This document shows, piece after piece, positions 50,263 to 61,944 of a stretch of DNA of 64,000 nt (position 1 is the stretch's first letter; each line of letters begins with the position of its first letter). Origin of the DNA: Raja brachyura (taxonomy: Eukaryota). The stretch spans positions 15,810,001 through 15,874,000 of the forward strand of contig OY740790.1 of assembly GCA_963514005.1 (NCBI GenBank), written 5' to 3'. A program made the position numbers and the translations under genes. Under the pieces are notes generated by a model that worked only from the letters and a program-made list of their open reading frames with translations, was not told the DNA's origin and ran no database searches.

Positions 50263-51286
50263 TTAATATTTTGTTGCATATCTTTTGCATGCAATGACTG
50301 CTTGAAGTCTGCGATTCATGGACATCACCAGTTGCTGGGTGTCTTCTCTGATGATGCTCTGCCAGGCCTGTATTGCGGCCATCTTTAGCTTATGCTTGAT
50401 TTGGGGGCTAGCCCCTTTTCAGTTTTCTCTTCAGCATATAAAAGGCATGCTCAATTGGGTTTAGATCGGGTGATTTACTTGGCCACTCAAGAATGGACCA
50501 TTTTTTAGCTTTGAAAAGCTCCTTTGTTGCTTTAGCAATATGTTTGGGATCATTGTCTTGCTGTGGATTGAACCGCCGGCCAATGAGTTTGGTTGAACTT
50601 GAGCAGATAGGATGTGTCTATTATCTTCAGAGTTCATTACACTACTACCGTCCGCAGTTGTATCATCAATGAAGATAAGTGAGCCAGTACCTTCAGCAGC
50701 CATACATGCCCAGGCTAGAACACCCCCACCACCGTGTTTCACAGATGAGGTGGTCTGCTTTGTATCTTAGGCAGTTCCTTCTGTCCTCTATACTTTCCTC
50801 TTGCCATTACTCTGATATGTTAATCTTCATCTCATCTATGCACAAGACTTTTTTTCCAGAACTGTGGTTGTTCTTTTAAGTACTTCTTGGCAAACTGTAA
50901 CCTGGCCATCCTATTTTTGTGGCTAACTAGTGGTTTGCATCTTGCAGCGTAGCCTCTGTATTTCTATTCATGAAATCTTTTGTGGACAGTGGTCATTGAC
51001 AAACCCACACCTGACCCCTGAAGAGTGTTTCTGATCTGTCGGTCAGGTATTTGGGGATTTGTCTTTACTTTATAGAGATAATTCTTCTGTCCTCAGCTGT
51101 GGAGGTCTTCCTTGGCCTGCCAGTCCCTTTGCGATTAGTAAGCTCATCAGTGTTCAATTTCTTCTTAATGATGTTCCAAACAGTTGAGGAACATCATTAA
51201 GAAGAATTGGTAAGCCTAAGGTTTGGTTGATGTCTCAGTCTCATAATGGCTTCTTCGACTTTAATTGGCACAATGTTGGTCCTCAT
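50263..51286 (-). pseudogene. Tc1 transposase pseudogene
   Basis: Candidate ATG at 51286 and TAA at 50263-50265. KHGGG..LAWACM and SPDL motifs lie in shifted frames. Confidence 0.8.
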
Positions 51287-52824
51287 GTTGATGAACAGCA
51301 ATAAAAGTTTCCAAAGGTGATGGAAAGACTGGAGAAAATACTAGGTGCTGGGAGCTCTCTTATACCTGCATTAAGGAGGCATTTAAACACACCTGAGCAA
51401 ATACAAATACCAATGAAGCCATGTGTCCCAAACATTATGTTACCCTGAAATGGGGGGGACTATATATAACACAGCTGTAATTTCTACATGGTGAAACCAA
51501 AATGTAGAAAAATACCCTTTAATAAAATCTGACAATGTGCACTTTAACCACATGTGATTTTTTTCTATTACACATCTCAAATTGTGGAATACAGAGGCAA
51601 ATAAATAAATGATGGGTCTTTGTCCCAAACATTATGGAGGGCACTGTAATTGTTTCCAATTTATTTTCAAAGAGGCGTTTTTGCCATTTTGTATGCTTAT
51701 TTACTCAAAAGAATTTCAATTGTAACAGCACTTTACTTGCAAAGGAAATTCCATGTGACTAATGTAGTGTAGTAGCCTCATTAAAGCCAGGGATGGAACA
51801 CTGCAAATATTGTAGTAACAATCCTCACATTCCATCGAATGGTACCCGCTGTGAACACGTTGTTGCTTCACAGATGTAGCCATAAGAACAGTTACATACT
51901 TTTCAATCTAAAAAAGATTTAAAGTAAATGCATGGATGAAATTGCTTTTGTGTTCTCAGATTACCTGTAATCACTTAGAACAATTTTAAGACCTGCTCCT
52001 TGGGAGAACTAGGGGTGTAGATGATTATCACCAGCATTTAAATCACATTTTCTGCAACAAGGGACCCTAAATCAACCATGACTCATGCCGCAGAGATCAA
52101 CTCTGGTTCTTGCATGTCCCACTGTTCCCACCCTGTCATTTTACCTCAAATGAAGGCTTAAATTTCACCAGAAATTTTCTGTGCTATTAAGTTTCTTAAA
52201 ATATTGCATTTAACTGTAGCCACATGAATCACAGTATACATCAAACATAAAAAGTGTTTGTAAAATAAAATGAAATTATATAATCTCCGGAAGAAAAGCT
52301 TTTTTTTGGTAGAGATGTAGCATTGAGGAACATCTTCTCTCAGGATGAGAACAACATTGGTCGAATAAGCATAAGCAAGCACCCCTGAAAAAACTGTGGA
52401 ACTTGAAGCTGCCCCATTGGACCCAATGGGAACAATGCTGCCACTGGCATGTACTCAAACCACCAATTGACGTCCAAAGACAAACAAGACTCCAAATTAG
52501 CACTGGGTGACCTGTACCATCACTGCTGTGGTCAGTAAAATGGCAGCCATTTGTACATGTCATCAGTGCCATTTTGCAACTAGCCTTGGGGGTTATGATA
52601 TGGCAAAGACAAATATATCACCTTATATTACCTCATGCAAACTGGTTCTGGAGGTTATTTTGTAAAATGAGTGGTGCTAATAAATACTGTGGCATTAAGA
52701 TTTTCTGTGAGACTGTTACCCAGAAGTATGATTTGAAACATGATTTAATATGATGAAAAATATCCATTTAATACCGCCATAAATTTAATTTTAAAAATTC
52801 ACAAAGCATTACTTCTTTCCGTAG

Positions 52825-52969
52825 GTGCTCCAAAGGTCACAATGCCGGCACAGACTCCAGGTTACTATCTGCAGACTGGCTACATCTCATGTACTGTGGA
52901 AAGCCTCATTCCCTTCACGCTGCGTTTCAGCAGAGCTGGTTCAAAACTTGGAACTGACCAGTTTTACAA
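52825..52969 (+). CDS. HMCN1: Hemicentin-1 internal exon (equivalent to exon 9), 145 bp, first half of Ig domain 1
   Basis: ttccgtAG acceptor and CAA|GTATGT donor; (G)APKVTMPAQTPGYYLQTGYISCTVESLIPFTLRFSRAGSKLGTDQFY(K), containing the first Ig cysteine. Confidence 0.94.
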
Positions 52970-53069
52970 GTATGTACAAAAGATACATTTGGATGTGGTT
53001 TCACATATTATCTGCTGTAGTCATGATTTGATCAGCCAAGCTTGTAACATTCATCACTTAGAATATAAG

Positions 53070-53600
53070 GATCAGACATTGGTGGCCAAATTTGGAACAT
53101 TGTGTGCAATTTTGGGCCTCACATCTGAGGAAAGATGTGCTGGCTTTGGTTAGGGTCTCAAAGCGATTTATGAGAATGATCCTGGGATGATTTGATTAAC
53201 GTATGAGGTGCATTTGAAGCCTCTCGGCTTGTACTCACTGGAGTTGAATAGAATGAGGGGGTCATCTCATTTAAACTTTCCAGTTAATGGCCTAGACAGA
53301 GTGGATGTGGAAAGGATATTTCCAGTAATAGGAGCGTCTAGAACAAGAGGGCACAAGCTCAGAAGAAAAGGACATGCCTTTATGAAGGAGATGAGGAGGA
53401 ATTTCTTTAGCTAGAGGGTTTTGAACCTGTGGAATTCGTTGCCACAGACAGTTGTTAAGGCCAAGTCATTGCGTATTTTTAAAGCAGATTCATGATTAGT
53501 AAGCGTGTCAAAGGTTACGCGGAGAAGGCAGGAGAATGGGGTTGAGAGGGAAAAATAGATCAGTCATGATTGAATGGCGGAGTAGACTCTGAGCTGAATG
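53070..53600 (+). mobile_element. Degenerate CR1 3' fragment
   Basis: LGLYSLELNRMRG...SRTRGHKLRRKG...EMRRNFFS. Confidence 0.82.
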
Positions 53601-54138
53601 GCTGAAGTGGTGAATCCCATTGGAGGTGGCAAAAATATTGGAGGATTATGTGCTGTATGTGACGGCTGATGGGGAAAACAGTGAGGACTAAGGGGACTGT
53701 CCCTGTTGCGACTTGGGGAGGGGGAGCAAGAGCAAAGCTGCTGGATATCGTGGAGACATGAGTGAGGGATTCATCTATGATGGAAGAGGGATGTAAACAA
53801 TAAGGTGAGATGTCCTGGTAGATCCACTAAATCAATACCTTTATGCTGCAGTGAGACACTCAACCCTGTTAATGCAAGTTGCATTCAAAATGAGAAAGGT
53901 GAGAACCACCTGACCACTGAAAAATGTGGATTCTCAAAATTCTTTAAGCATATTACTTCGCTAAACATTAATGCATTTACGGAAAATATTTAAATTCTCA
54001 CAATCAATAGTATTTATTTCCTTTAGTTATTTTGGGTTTGTCAGATTAACAATATACTTCACCATTTCAAACGTTTTTCTTGTTCTGATTTTGTGACGAT
54101 AATTCTACTGACTTGATCTTATATTCTCTCTCCTAAAG

Positions 54139-54260
54139 GGAATCTGCCATTGTGGGTTTGGAAATCCCTCGTGTTTCTGCAGTGCATGAAGGTGTTTATG
54201 AATGCATAGCAATCAGCAGTGCTGGCACTGGACGTGCACAGACCTTCCTGGATGTATCAG
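54139..54260 (+). CDS. HMCN1: Hemicentin-1 internal exon (equivalent to exon 10), 122 bp, second half of Ig domain 1
   Basis: ctaaAG acceptor and CAG|GTCAGA donor. Phase 2 continuation: (K)ESAIVGLEIPRVSAVHEGVYECIAISSAGTGRAQTFLDVS, with the Ig xxGxYxC motif. Confidence 0.94.
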
Positions 54261-54774
54261 GTCAGAATCCACTCAAATGTGCCTTAGTATTTCCATTTCA
54301 CATAGAAAAGTCTGTACAGAGAAGCTACACAATTTTAACACCTGAATGTGAATGCAAATTTTCATTTTGCGTTTCAGGATTTATCTCTGTCTGGTTCCCA
54401 AAGGGTGTTATGATGTTATATTGACAATGTCCATCCTTGTCTCTGATTGATAATTGGCAATCAGGCAGATTTCAAATGTTATAGTTATTGTCAAGGTAAT
54501 GGGGCCAATTTTAACCCATCCCATGCCAACAGAACAGGAATGGAGCTGTGTCTGATGGACCATTATTTTAATCGCTCACGGCAGGGTGGTGGCTGAATAA
54601 AATGCTGTAACCAGATGGGAGCATTTGTGCCTATGTAAATCGGCCTAAGGTCATGTGTCTAAATGGATTTTAAACAAGGCTGGATTGCTGATCCTTTCAT
54701 AATCTAAATGTCAGGTGAAGGCAGGACGTACTGTGAGGAAAATTTATAATTTCCCTTGCTCCCTTCACAACTTA

Positions 54775-55067
54775 GTTTTTGAGATAAAAGGTGGAGACAG
54801 GCCCTATGGCTCACCAAGCCCGTGTCAACCATCGAACACCCGTACACTAGTTGTATGTTGGGACACTTTCACATCCTGCACACTAGCGGCAATTAAGCTA
54901 CAAACCTGCACGTCTCTGCAATGTGGGAAGAAACCGGAACACCTGGAGAAAGTCCACACGATCTCAAGGATAATGTACAAACTCCCTACAGACAACACCC
55001 AAAGTCTGGATCGAAACCGGGGCTCTGGCACAGTCGGCAGTAACTCTACTGCTGTGCCACCGTGCTG
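54775..55067 (-). mobile_element. V-SINE (HE1-like)
   Basis: Head gcagcacggtggcacagcagtagagttactgcc...ccggtttcgatcc on the minus strand; V-domain present. Confidence 0.8.
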
Positions 55068-55893
55068 CGCTTTCTCCCAGACTGGCTTCTCATTACCTGA
55101 CTTGTTTGCCATTAATCTTTCATGTTTCTCAGCCATTGTTAATGAGGCTCTGAATCATGTTCTGAAATTTCAGAATGTCACATTACAGCGTGGGAACCTC
55201 TATTAATTGGCTTCGTCTTTTCCTGCAGTTGAATAGGATGCCAAAGAATGCTTCCAAATTTAAATTTATGCTTAAGATTTAAAACCAGACACAATTGCCA
55301 GTTGAAGATCAGAGATATGGGGGCGAATCAACTATAAATATAGATTTAAATGTAGAGATGGCTGGAGGAGTAGAGTGCATCAACTTTTTGTTTTGGCTTG
55401 GCAAATTAAAAACATTTAAAAAAAAAAACTCCTACGTTCTGGATATCGGAAATAAAAACATGATATTAACTACTTATCTTTCCATGGATGCTACCTGAGC
55501 TGCTGAATGTTTCAGGACTCTACTATTTTAACATTACGTCAGTTAGCACATGTAGAAAGTTAATATTTCTGTTCAAAGACCCTTCACCAGTACTGGGAGG
55601 GAGGAAAATGTTTGGATTAAGTTGCAGGAAGGATGGAGGGAGACAGATAGGTCAAGAGGAATATCTCTGGTGGAGTGAGGCCAGGCTCGCCGTAACAATA
55701 AACTTAGCCAAGGTTATTTGGTCAATGGGTTAATGAGGGCAGTTTAGGGAGAGAGAACGTGTATAAACATATCCATAAAATGTACGAACTGAGTGCAGTT
55801 AGTGAGTTGGTTTGTCTAGATGTATCTTTGGTCCTCATTGTACAGTCTCAACATCCATTGCTTTCATTTGAAGAAAAGGGGTAAACTATCAGC

Positions 55894-56376
55894 TAAATGT
55901 GTTTGTTTCTTGTCTCTTGCACAGTCGAATTACTTGATACGATTACTGAGTACCAATTCCATTTGACATCTAAAAGACCACCATAAACTGCACATGGCAT
56001 TTATATGAAACTTGATGTTTTAACATCATGGCGATGACACCTGTGACATTTTGACCGAGTATTCACCGTTTGCACCATGACTCTGGGTCACACCAGTTTA
56101 CAAATCTTTGTTAAACATCTTCAGCTGATATTCACCTGTTGTCTCACATTTAGGTCAGACCTTGTGAGGTTATATAAATAGCTTTACTGGAATAAAATAA
56201 TGACCACATAGGAATTATGTTCCTTGTCTCCCACTTAGAAGATAACACATGTTTTTAAGTTTCGGATAAATGCCATGTGCAGTTTATGGTGCTCTTTTAG
56301 ATGCCAAATGGAATTGGTATTCAGTAATCGTATCAAGTAATTCAACTGTGCAAGAGACAAGAAACAAACACATTTA
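55894..56376. repeat. Long inverted repeat (two 111-bp arms, 261-bp spacer), MITE-like
   Basis: 55894-56004 is the near-perfect reverse complement of 56266-56376 (a handful of mismatches). Confidence 0.85.
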
Positions 56377-56484
56377 TTGATTAGCAATAGGCTTTCCAGC
56401 ACATGTAGATGTTACATCAGTAAGTTGTCAAGAGTGTTTATTTGTAACATCTTCCCAATGACATTCCTCTTTGGTGCAGATTCA

Positions 56485-56658
56485 NNNNNNNNNNNNNNNN
56501 NNNNNNNNNNNNNNNNNNNNNNNNNNNNNNNNNNNNNNNNNNNNNNNNNNNNNNNNNNNNNNNNNNNNNNNNNNNNNNNNNNNNNNNNNNNNNNNNNNNN
56601 NNNNNNNNNNNNNNNNNNNNNNNNNNNNNNNNNNNNNNNNNNNNNNNNNNNNNNNNNN
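56485..56658. other. Assembly gap (174 N)
   Basis: Run of n characters. Confidence 1.
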
Positions 56659-56689
56659 TTTAAATGAACTAGATCATGATGGTTCAAAA

Positions 56690-57260
56690 AACAAGTACAC
56701 AGAACAACCATTGTAGTGCAAAGTCTATAGCGGTACCATGCTGAGGTTGTGCAGGATGGTTCAAGAACCTAATGTTTGAAGGGAAGAGGCTGTCCTTGAA
56801 CATGAGGTAATGAATCTCAGGTTCTTGTACCATCGCAGTGAAGAGAGCGTAGCCAGGGTGATATCAGCCTTTGGTGATAATAGCTGCCTTCTTGAGGCAA
56901 GGCTTCCTGTTGAACATTTGATGGTGGGGAGGTCAGCACAACTCAAGGACCAGGCAATGTCCACCACTCTCTGCAGCCAACCCCATGCCTGAATGTTTGT
57001 GATTCTAAACCAAGCTGAGATGTAACCAGTTGGTATGGTCTCCACCACGACATGCCAAATATCCTCAAACTTCAGTAAAGATTTTTGTGAGCTTTCTCTG
57101 TGATTGCAACGTGTACAAGCCCCTGGACAGATCATCAGAGACACGTATGCCGAAGTGCTTGAAACTGTTGACTCTCTCAACCACCTTCCTATCAATGAAT
57201 TCATGGTCCCTATCTTTCCCTTACTGAAGCCTACAATCCACTTGCTGATTGCAAGTGTAT
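56690..57260 (-). mobile_element. Degenerate Rex/L2-type LINE 3' fragment
   Basis: IVGFSKG...GYISAWF...LQRVVDIA...DLPTI motifs in ORF 56761..57270. Confidence 0.7.
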
Positions 57261-57317
57261 AGAGTTCCACAGTGAAATTGCCATGACCTCAGAAGATGCT
57301 GTATAATAAATAAATAC

Positions 57318-57677
57318 TTAGAAACATAGAAATTAGGTGCAGGAGTAGGCCATTCGGCCCTTCGAGCCTGAACCGCCATTCAATATGATCATGGCTGATC
57401 ATCCAACCCAGTATCCCGTACCTGCCTTCTCTCCATACCCTCTGATCCCCTTAGCCACAAGGGCCACATCTAACTCCCTCTTAAATATAGCCAATGAACT
57501 GGCCTCAACTACCCTCTGTGGCAGAGAGTTCCAGAGACCCACCACTCTCTGTGTGAAGAAAGTCCTTCTCATCTCAGTCCTAAAGGATTTTCCCCTTATC
57601 CTTAAGCTGTGACCCCTTGTCCTGGACCTCCCCAACATCGGGAACAATCTTCCTGCATCTAGCCTGTCCAACCCCTT
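57318..57677 (-). mobile_element. CR1 3' fragment
   Basis: KGLDRLDAGRLFPMLGRSRTRGHSLRIRG...FFTQRVVGLWNSLP and a tagaaacatagaa tail. Confidence 0.9.
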
Positions 57678-58169
57678 GAAACTGTTGACTCTCTCAACCA
57701 CGAGATACTTCTACCTTAATCCATGTTAATCAATGTGCCAAATATTGATTTGCTTGCTGTAAAATATTTAAAAGGTCACTTCAGCGGTCTCATCTTCCTG
57801 ATTTCCCCTTTGACCCCATACTTCAATGTAAATGGCTGTCCTTTTACGGTCCGAAGAAAGGTCTGAAATATCATCTGTCCATTTCCCTCCATAGATTCTG
57901 CCTGACCCGTTGAGTTTCTCCTTGCACTAAACGTTATTCCCTTTATCTCGTATCTGTGGCTGTTTCGATTGTAATCATTTAATGCTGGTCTTTAATGCTG
58001 ATGACATAGTGGTTTTCTGGATTGCAGAGATCCCATGTGATTAATGGCAGAATGAAAATAACATGAAATAGAAATCCTGCCATGTTGCCACTGCATTTGT
58101 GATCAGAGCTCAATGGCAAGCACCACAACTTTGATGTTGACATGAAAGAATGCGCTATTAGACTTTCCT

Positions 58170-58387
58170 TTAGACTTTGGAGATACAGCACAGAAACAGG
58201 TCCTTCGGCCTACGTTGACCAGCGATTACCCTGTACACTAACACTATCCTATATACTCGGGACAATTTTACAACTTACCAAAGCCAATTAACCTACAAAA
58301 CTCTATTTCTTTGGCGTGTCGGAAGAAATTGGAGCACCCTGACAAAATGCACAGGGAGTATGACCGCTCCGTACAAAGCACCCGTAG
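58170..58387 (-). mobile_element. Truncated V-SINE
   Basis: gagatacagcacagaaacagg.ccttcggcc...aagccaattaacctacaaa matches the SINE 3' half. Confidence 0.75.
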
Positions 58388-59539
58388 CCAATTGATCAAT
58401 AACCAGATACTGATTTTATCAAAATGCACGAGTTATGTTCAATTTGTGTGTATTTGCATGCATTCTAAACTTTTTGCACTAAACATTAGGTTGAAACAAA
58501 ATCATAATGAGGATGTGGTGGATTCAGATGTTTGGCTATAAAAGGAAATGTATGTTAGATTCTGGTGCAACGTGACTGGTGGAAATTGTCCTGAAGCTGT
58601 GCATCAGATCTGCATAATATTAAATGAAAGTGAAAGTTTAAAGCCAACTTATTAACAGTGCTTTGCTCCACACAATGCAAGCAGCCATAAGAAGTTTGAT
58701 GGCTAGCTTGCCGTTGACTTTGTGGTGACCTAACTTCAGGGTTATGCAGAACATTTTTAGTATTTTAGGTTTCAGAGATAAATGAGCCCAATGTGTGTCT
58801 GTGCAAGCTTCTGGATAAATGCCATTGGGCTGCCTGGTGGTCCATTCCCATGCTGGACTAATCTCCTGCTTATAAATTGGAAAGGCCTGAAATTAAATTT
58901 ACTAAATTACCTTGGTGAAACCTCATGGAGGCCACATGTGGATTTTATTCTCTGGTGGTTTCATCTCAATCTACAGACATTCCCAGGCACTGCTGGGGAT
59001 TCCATGAGGAGGTTGACAAAGGTCATAATAATTAACATAAAAGCTGTAATTAAAATGTTGCAGTTGATTCAGTTAAAATGAAATTATCTTTAGCAAAGGA
59101 ATCTTTGCAAATATTCATAGGACACTAAAACTGTTGTTCTCCAGTCACAGGCATTCAAACATGTTTTCTTTATTACGAATTCTATATTTTAAATATTGGG
59201 ATTCATTCCCATTTGTCCATTCATTGATTCTATTTTTTTAATTGATTTTCAAGTTAGTATGTTGAAAGTTAGTGTCGCAATGGAAAGAAAATCATGTATC
59301 TTAATGTGTACCAAACCTATTCCATGAATGGTTTTGAGGACAAGAGGAACTCAATTTAATGCTTCAAACTCATTCTCCCATTCACTACGTTCATGGCTGA
59401 TCTGTGACCTTTCTCCTTGACATTCACCTGCATTCCTTAATATAATAGGTTGGCAAAAAATTATTAATCTTTGATTTAAAGTTATCAATTGACAGAGCAC
59501 CAATTACTGTTTGCTAGAAGAAGTATCCTAAATTTATCT

Positions 59540-59644
59540 GTATTATCAATCTGAAGAAGGGTCTCGACCCGAAACGTCACCTATTCCTTCGCTCCATAGA
59601 TGCTGCCTCACTCGCTGAGTTTCTCCAGCATTTTTATCTACCTT
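59540..59644 (+). mobile_element. 105-bp hammerhead-bearing pLTR mini-element with a 12-bp TSD
   Basis: Flanked by ctaaatttatct at 59528-59539 and 59645-59656. Confidence 0.85.
59551..59578 (+). ncRNA. Minimal type-I hammerhead ribozyme core (intact, sense to HMCN1)
   Basis: CTGAAGA-A-GGGT-CTCG-ACCC-GAAA-CGTC, with predicted cleavage after C59578. Confidence 0.72.
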
Positions 59645-60109
59645 CTAAATTTATCTCACTCTGTTTAGAAGTGTTTCCTAACTTAATTCCTAATTTATTT
59701 GTCTTAGATCCCCCAATAATTAGAGATATGTTTCTGTCTATACACTTGGTTCCCCTTGATATTGAGTACTTCTATTTAATCATCCCTTTGGCTTCTTTGA
59801 AATACAACCCCAGTTTGCAAAATCTTGTTGTTCAACCATTGGAATTTGGCTGCCCAGTTAAATCCACACTGCATTTCCTCTGCGGTCATTATATCCTCCC
59901 TGAGGTATGGTGCACAGATCTGCTGATGGTACTTACGTTTTGAGCATTGTATATTTATTTACATTTTTGTATATTTGTGGCATAACTTTTATCATGTATT
60001 TGGTCACCTGGAGTAGAAGAATATTCCATTAACCTTTATGATTATTTTCTGCACCTGTCCATTATATTTTAATGATCTGTCCAGATGTGCCCCTCAAGTT
60101 TTATGCACT

Positions 60110-60870
60110 CAACAAATATGAGGTGATGCATTTTGAGAAGTCAAATGGGGATAGGACATATTCAGTAAATGGCAGGATGTGAAGGAATGTTGATAAATAC
60201 AAGGCCCTTGTGATTCAAATTCTCATTTGTTCCTTGGATATGGCACACATGTCTGCTTTTATTGGACTGGGAGTAAAATATAAGACCTGTGACATTATGC
60301 TGCAACTTTACAAACTTTAGTTAGACTGAACAAGGCCCATTGTGTGCATTTCTGGTCACCATACTATAGGAAGGATGTGGTTATGTTGAGAGAATGCCAA
60401 GGAGATTCCCCTAGAAGTTGCCTGAACTGGAGGACTTTAGTAATGGGTAGGGATTGGATAAACTGGGCTTGTTTTCTCCACAGTGAAAGAAGCTGAGGGT
60501 TGACATGAAAGAGATGTATGAAATTCTAAGGGGAATAGATGGGGTAGATGATCAGAATTTCTTTCACCATGGTAGGGGAATCATAAACAAGAGGATATAG
60601 GTTTAAGATGAGAAGAAAGCTCATCCCTTAAAGGGGATTTCAGGGATGTTTATTTACACATAGAATGATTGATATCTGAAATGTTGTCATCCAGAGGTGG
60701 AGGAATCAGATACAATCACTACATATAAGAGATGTTTGGACAAGCACTTGAATAGGCAATACATAGAAGGATATGGATCTAATGCTTTCAGATGGGATTA
60801 ATGTAGATGGGCAAACAGGTCGGATAGGACATGGAGGGCCGAAGGGGTTTGTTTCTGTGTAAAAGACTGT
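60110..60870 (+). mobile_element. Degenerate CR1 3' fragment
   Basis: ttctggtcaccatactataggaaggatgtg and gggccgaagggg.ttgtttctgtg 3' end. Confidence 0.78.
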
Positions 60871-61944
60871 GATTACTTCCACTGCTCCTAGCTTTCCACT
60901 CTTTTTGAAATATATTCTCCAATTCCTTTTAGCTCAAACATAGTGGACCTCAGATTTACTGAGTTTGCAATCAAATTGCCCGAATTTTGCTTGTTCACAT
61001 TTGGCATTTTAATGATGCTATCACTGCTTACAATATCACCTATTTTTGTGTCTTTAACAAATGTGGAATCATGGTTTTCAGTCTCATCACTTACAGCAGG
61101 AATAAATGAAATAACCAAAAGCCCTTAGCATTGGAATTGGTTCCACCAATATCTTCTCTCTGTAGGAAGCTCTTAATAATCATGGTGATTGATGTGTATT
61201 TTCTTTAATCATATGCAGGCACATGATGTGGGTTGGAGAAAACTCTCTTGAGTCCTAGCGGCCTGGTTAGTGGGTAGTCACATTAGCAAGTGAGCAGGTC
61301 TAGATTTTACACCATAGATCTCTTCAACAGGCCTGACATCCGGTCACCGATTGACCCGAACCTTTGATTCCCAATCCCTTTGCCACCCATCCATTGACAG
61401 GCCTGCCCCCAAGATTCTAGTTGGGTTTATGACTGTTGGCCTCATCTATCCCCAGGACCTAGCCTGGAACACCATTAAGGTTTGCAATTGATGGGCCATG
61501 TCCAAAATGACCGCTGGAACAACACGGTTGTGACTATTTATTGTGCATCAGAATATTTAGCCTTGGAGTTTTAACATTACTGACATAATTCAAACAATAT
61601 TCAGTTGGCATGGTCTTATTTGGAAACGAGTTGTTTGGTAAACATCAATTAGATAGTCAAATATTTATTTATTTGATTTCTCGAAACATTACATTTGATT
61701 TAAATGTATCAATAGATAGATAAAGGCAGTCATATCAATTGACATTTTGTTTTATTCTTCTGCTTTTCTTTATAACTCAATAACATTTTCAGTTGTGAAT
61801 CACTTTTTAAGGTTAAAAAGTCCTTGACTGTGGATTCTTGAGAATAACGAAATAAACACTTCAAATCTTTAAAAAATGTCGATTCTGTCAGATTATATCA
61901 ATTATCCATGGATGCCAGGATGTTTCAAGGAAATCAAAGGATTC

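Larger units (their letters stand above)
46778..51646 (-). mobile_element. Tc1 transposon of IR/DR type with TA TSD; left IR split by a CR1 insertion
   Basis: TA|CAGTACCCTCCATAATG... and ...CATTATGGAGGGCACTG|TA. IRs of about 225 bp with the cataatgtttgggaca direct repeat at outer and inner ends. Transposase remnant KHGGGGVLAWACMAAEGTG. Confidence 0.92.

Noticed and set aside
30430-54260. Assignment as HMCN2
   Set aside because: Residues such as EAVQASK, QA.NTW.IPF, RAGFSRKPT, YYP.RKPY and TPGYYLQ fit HMCN1 better as I recall the paralogues; a phylogeny or synteny check would confirm.
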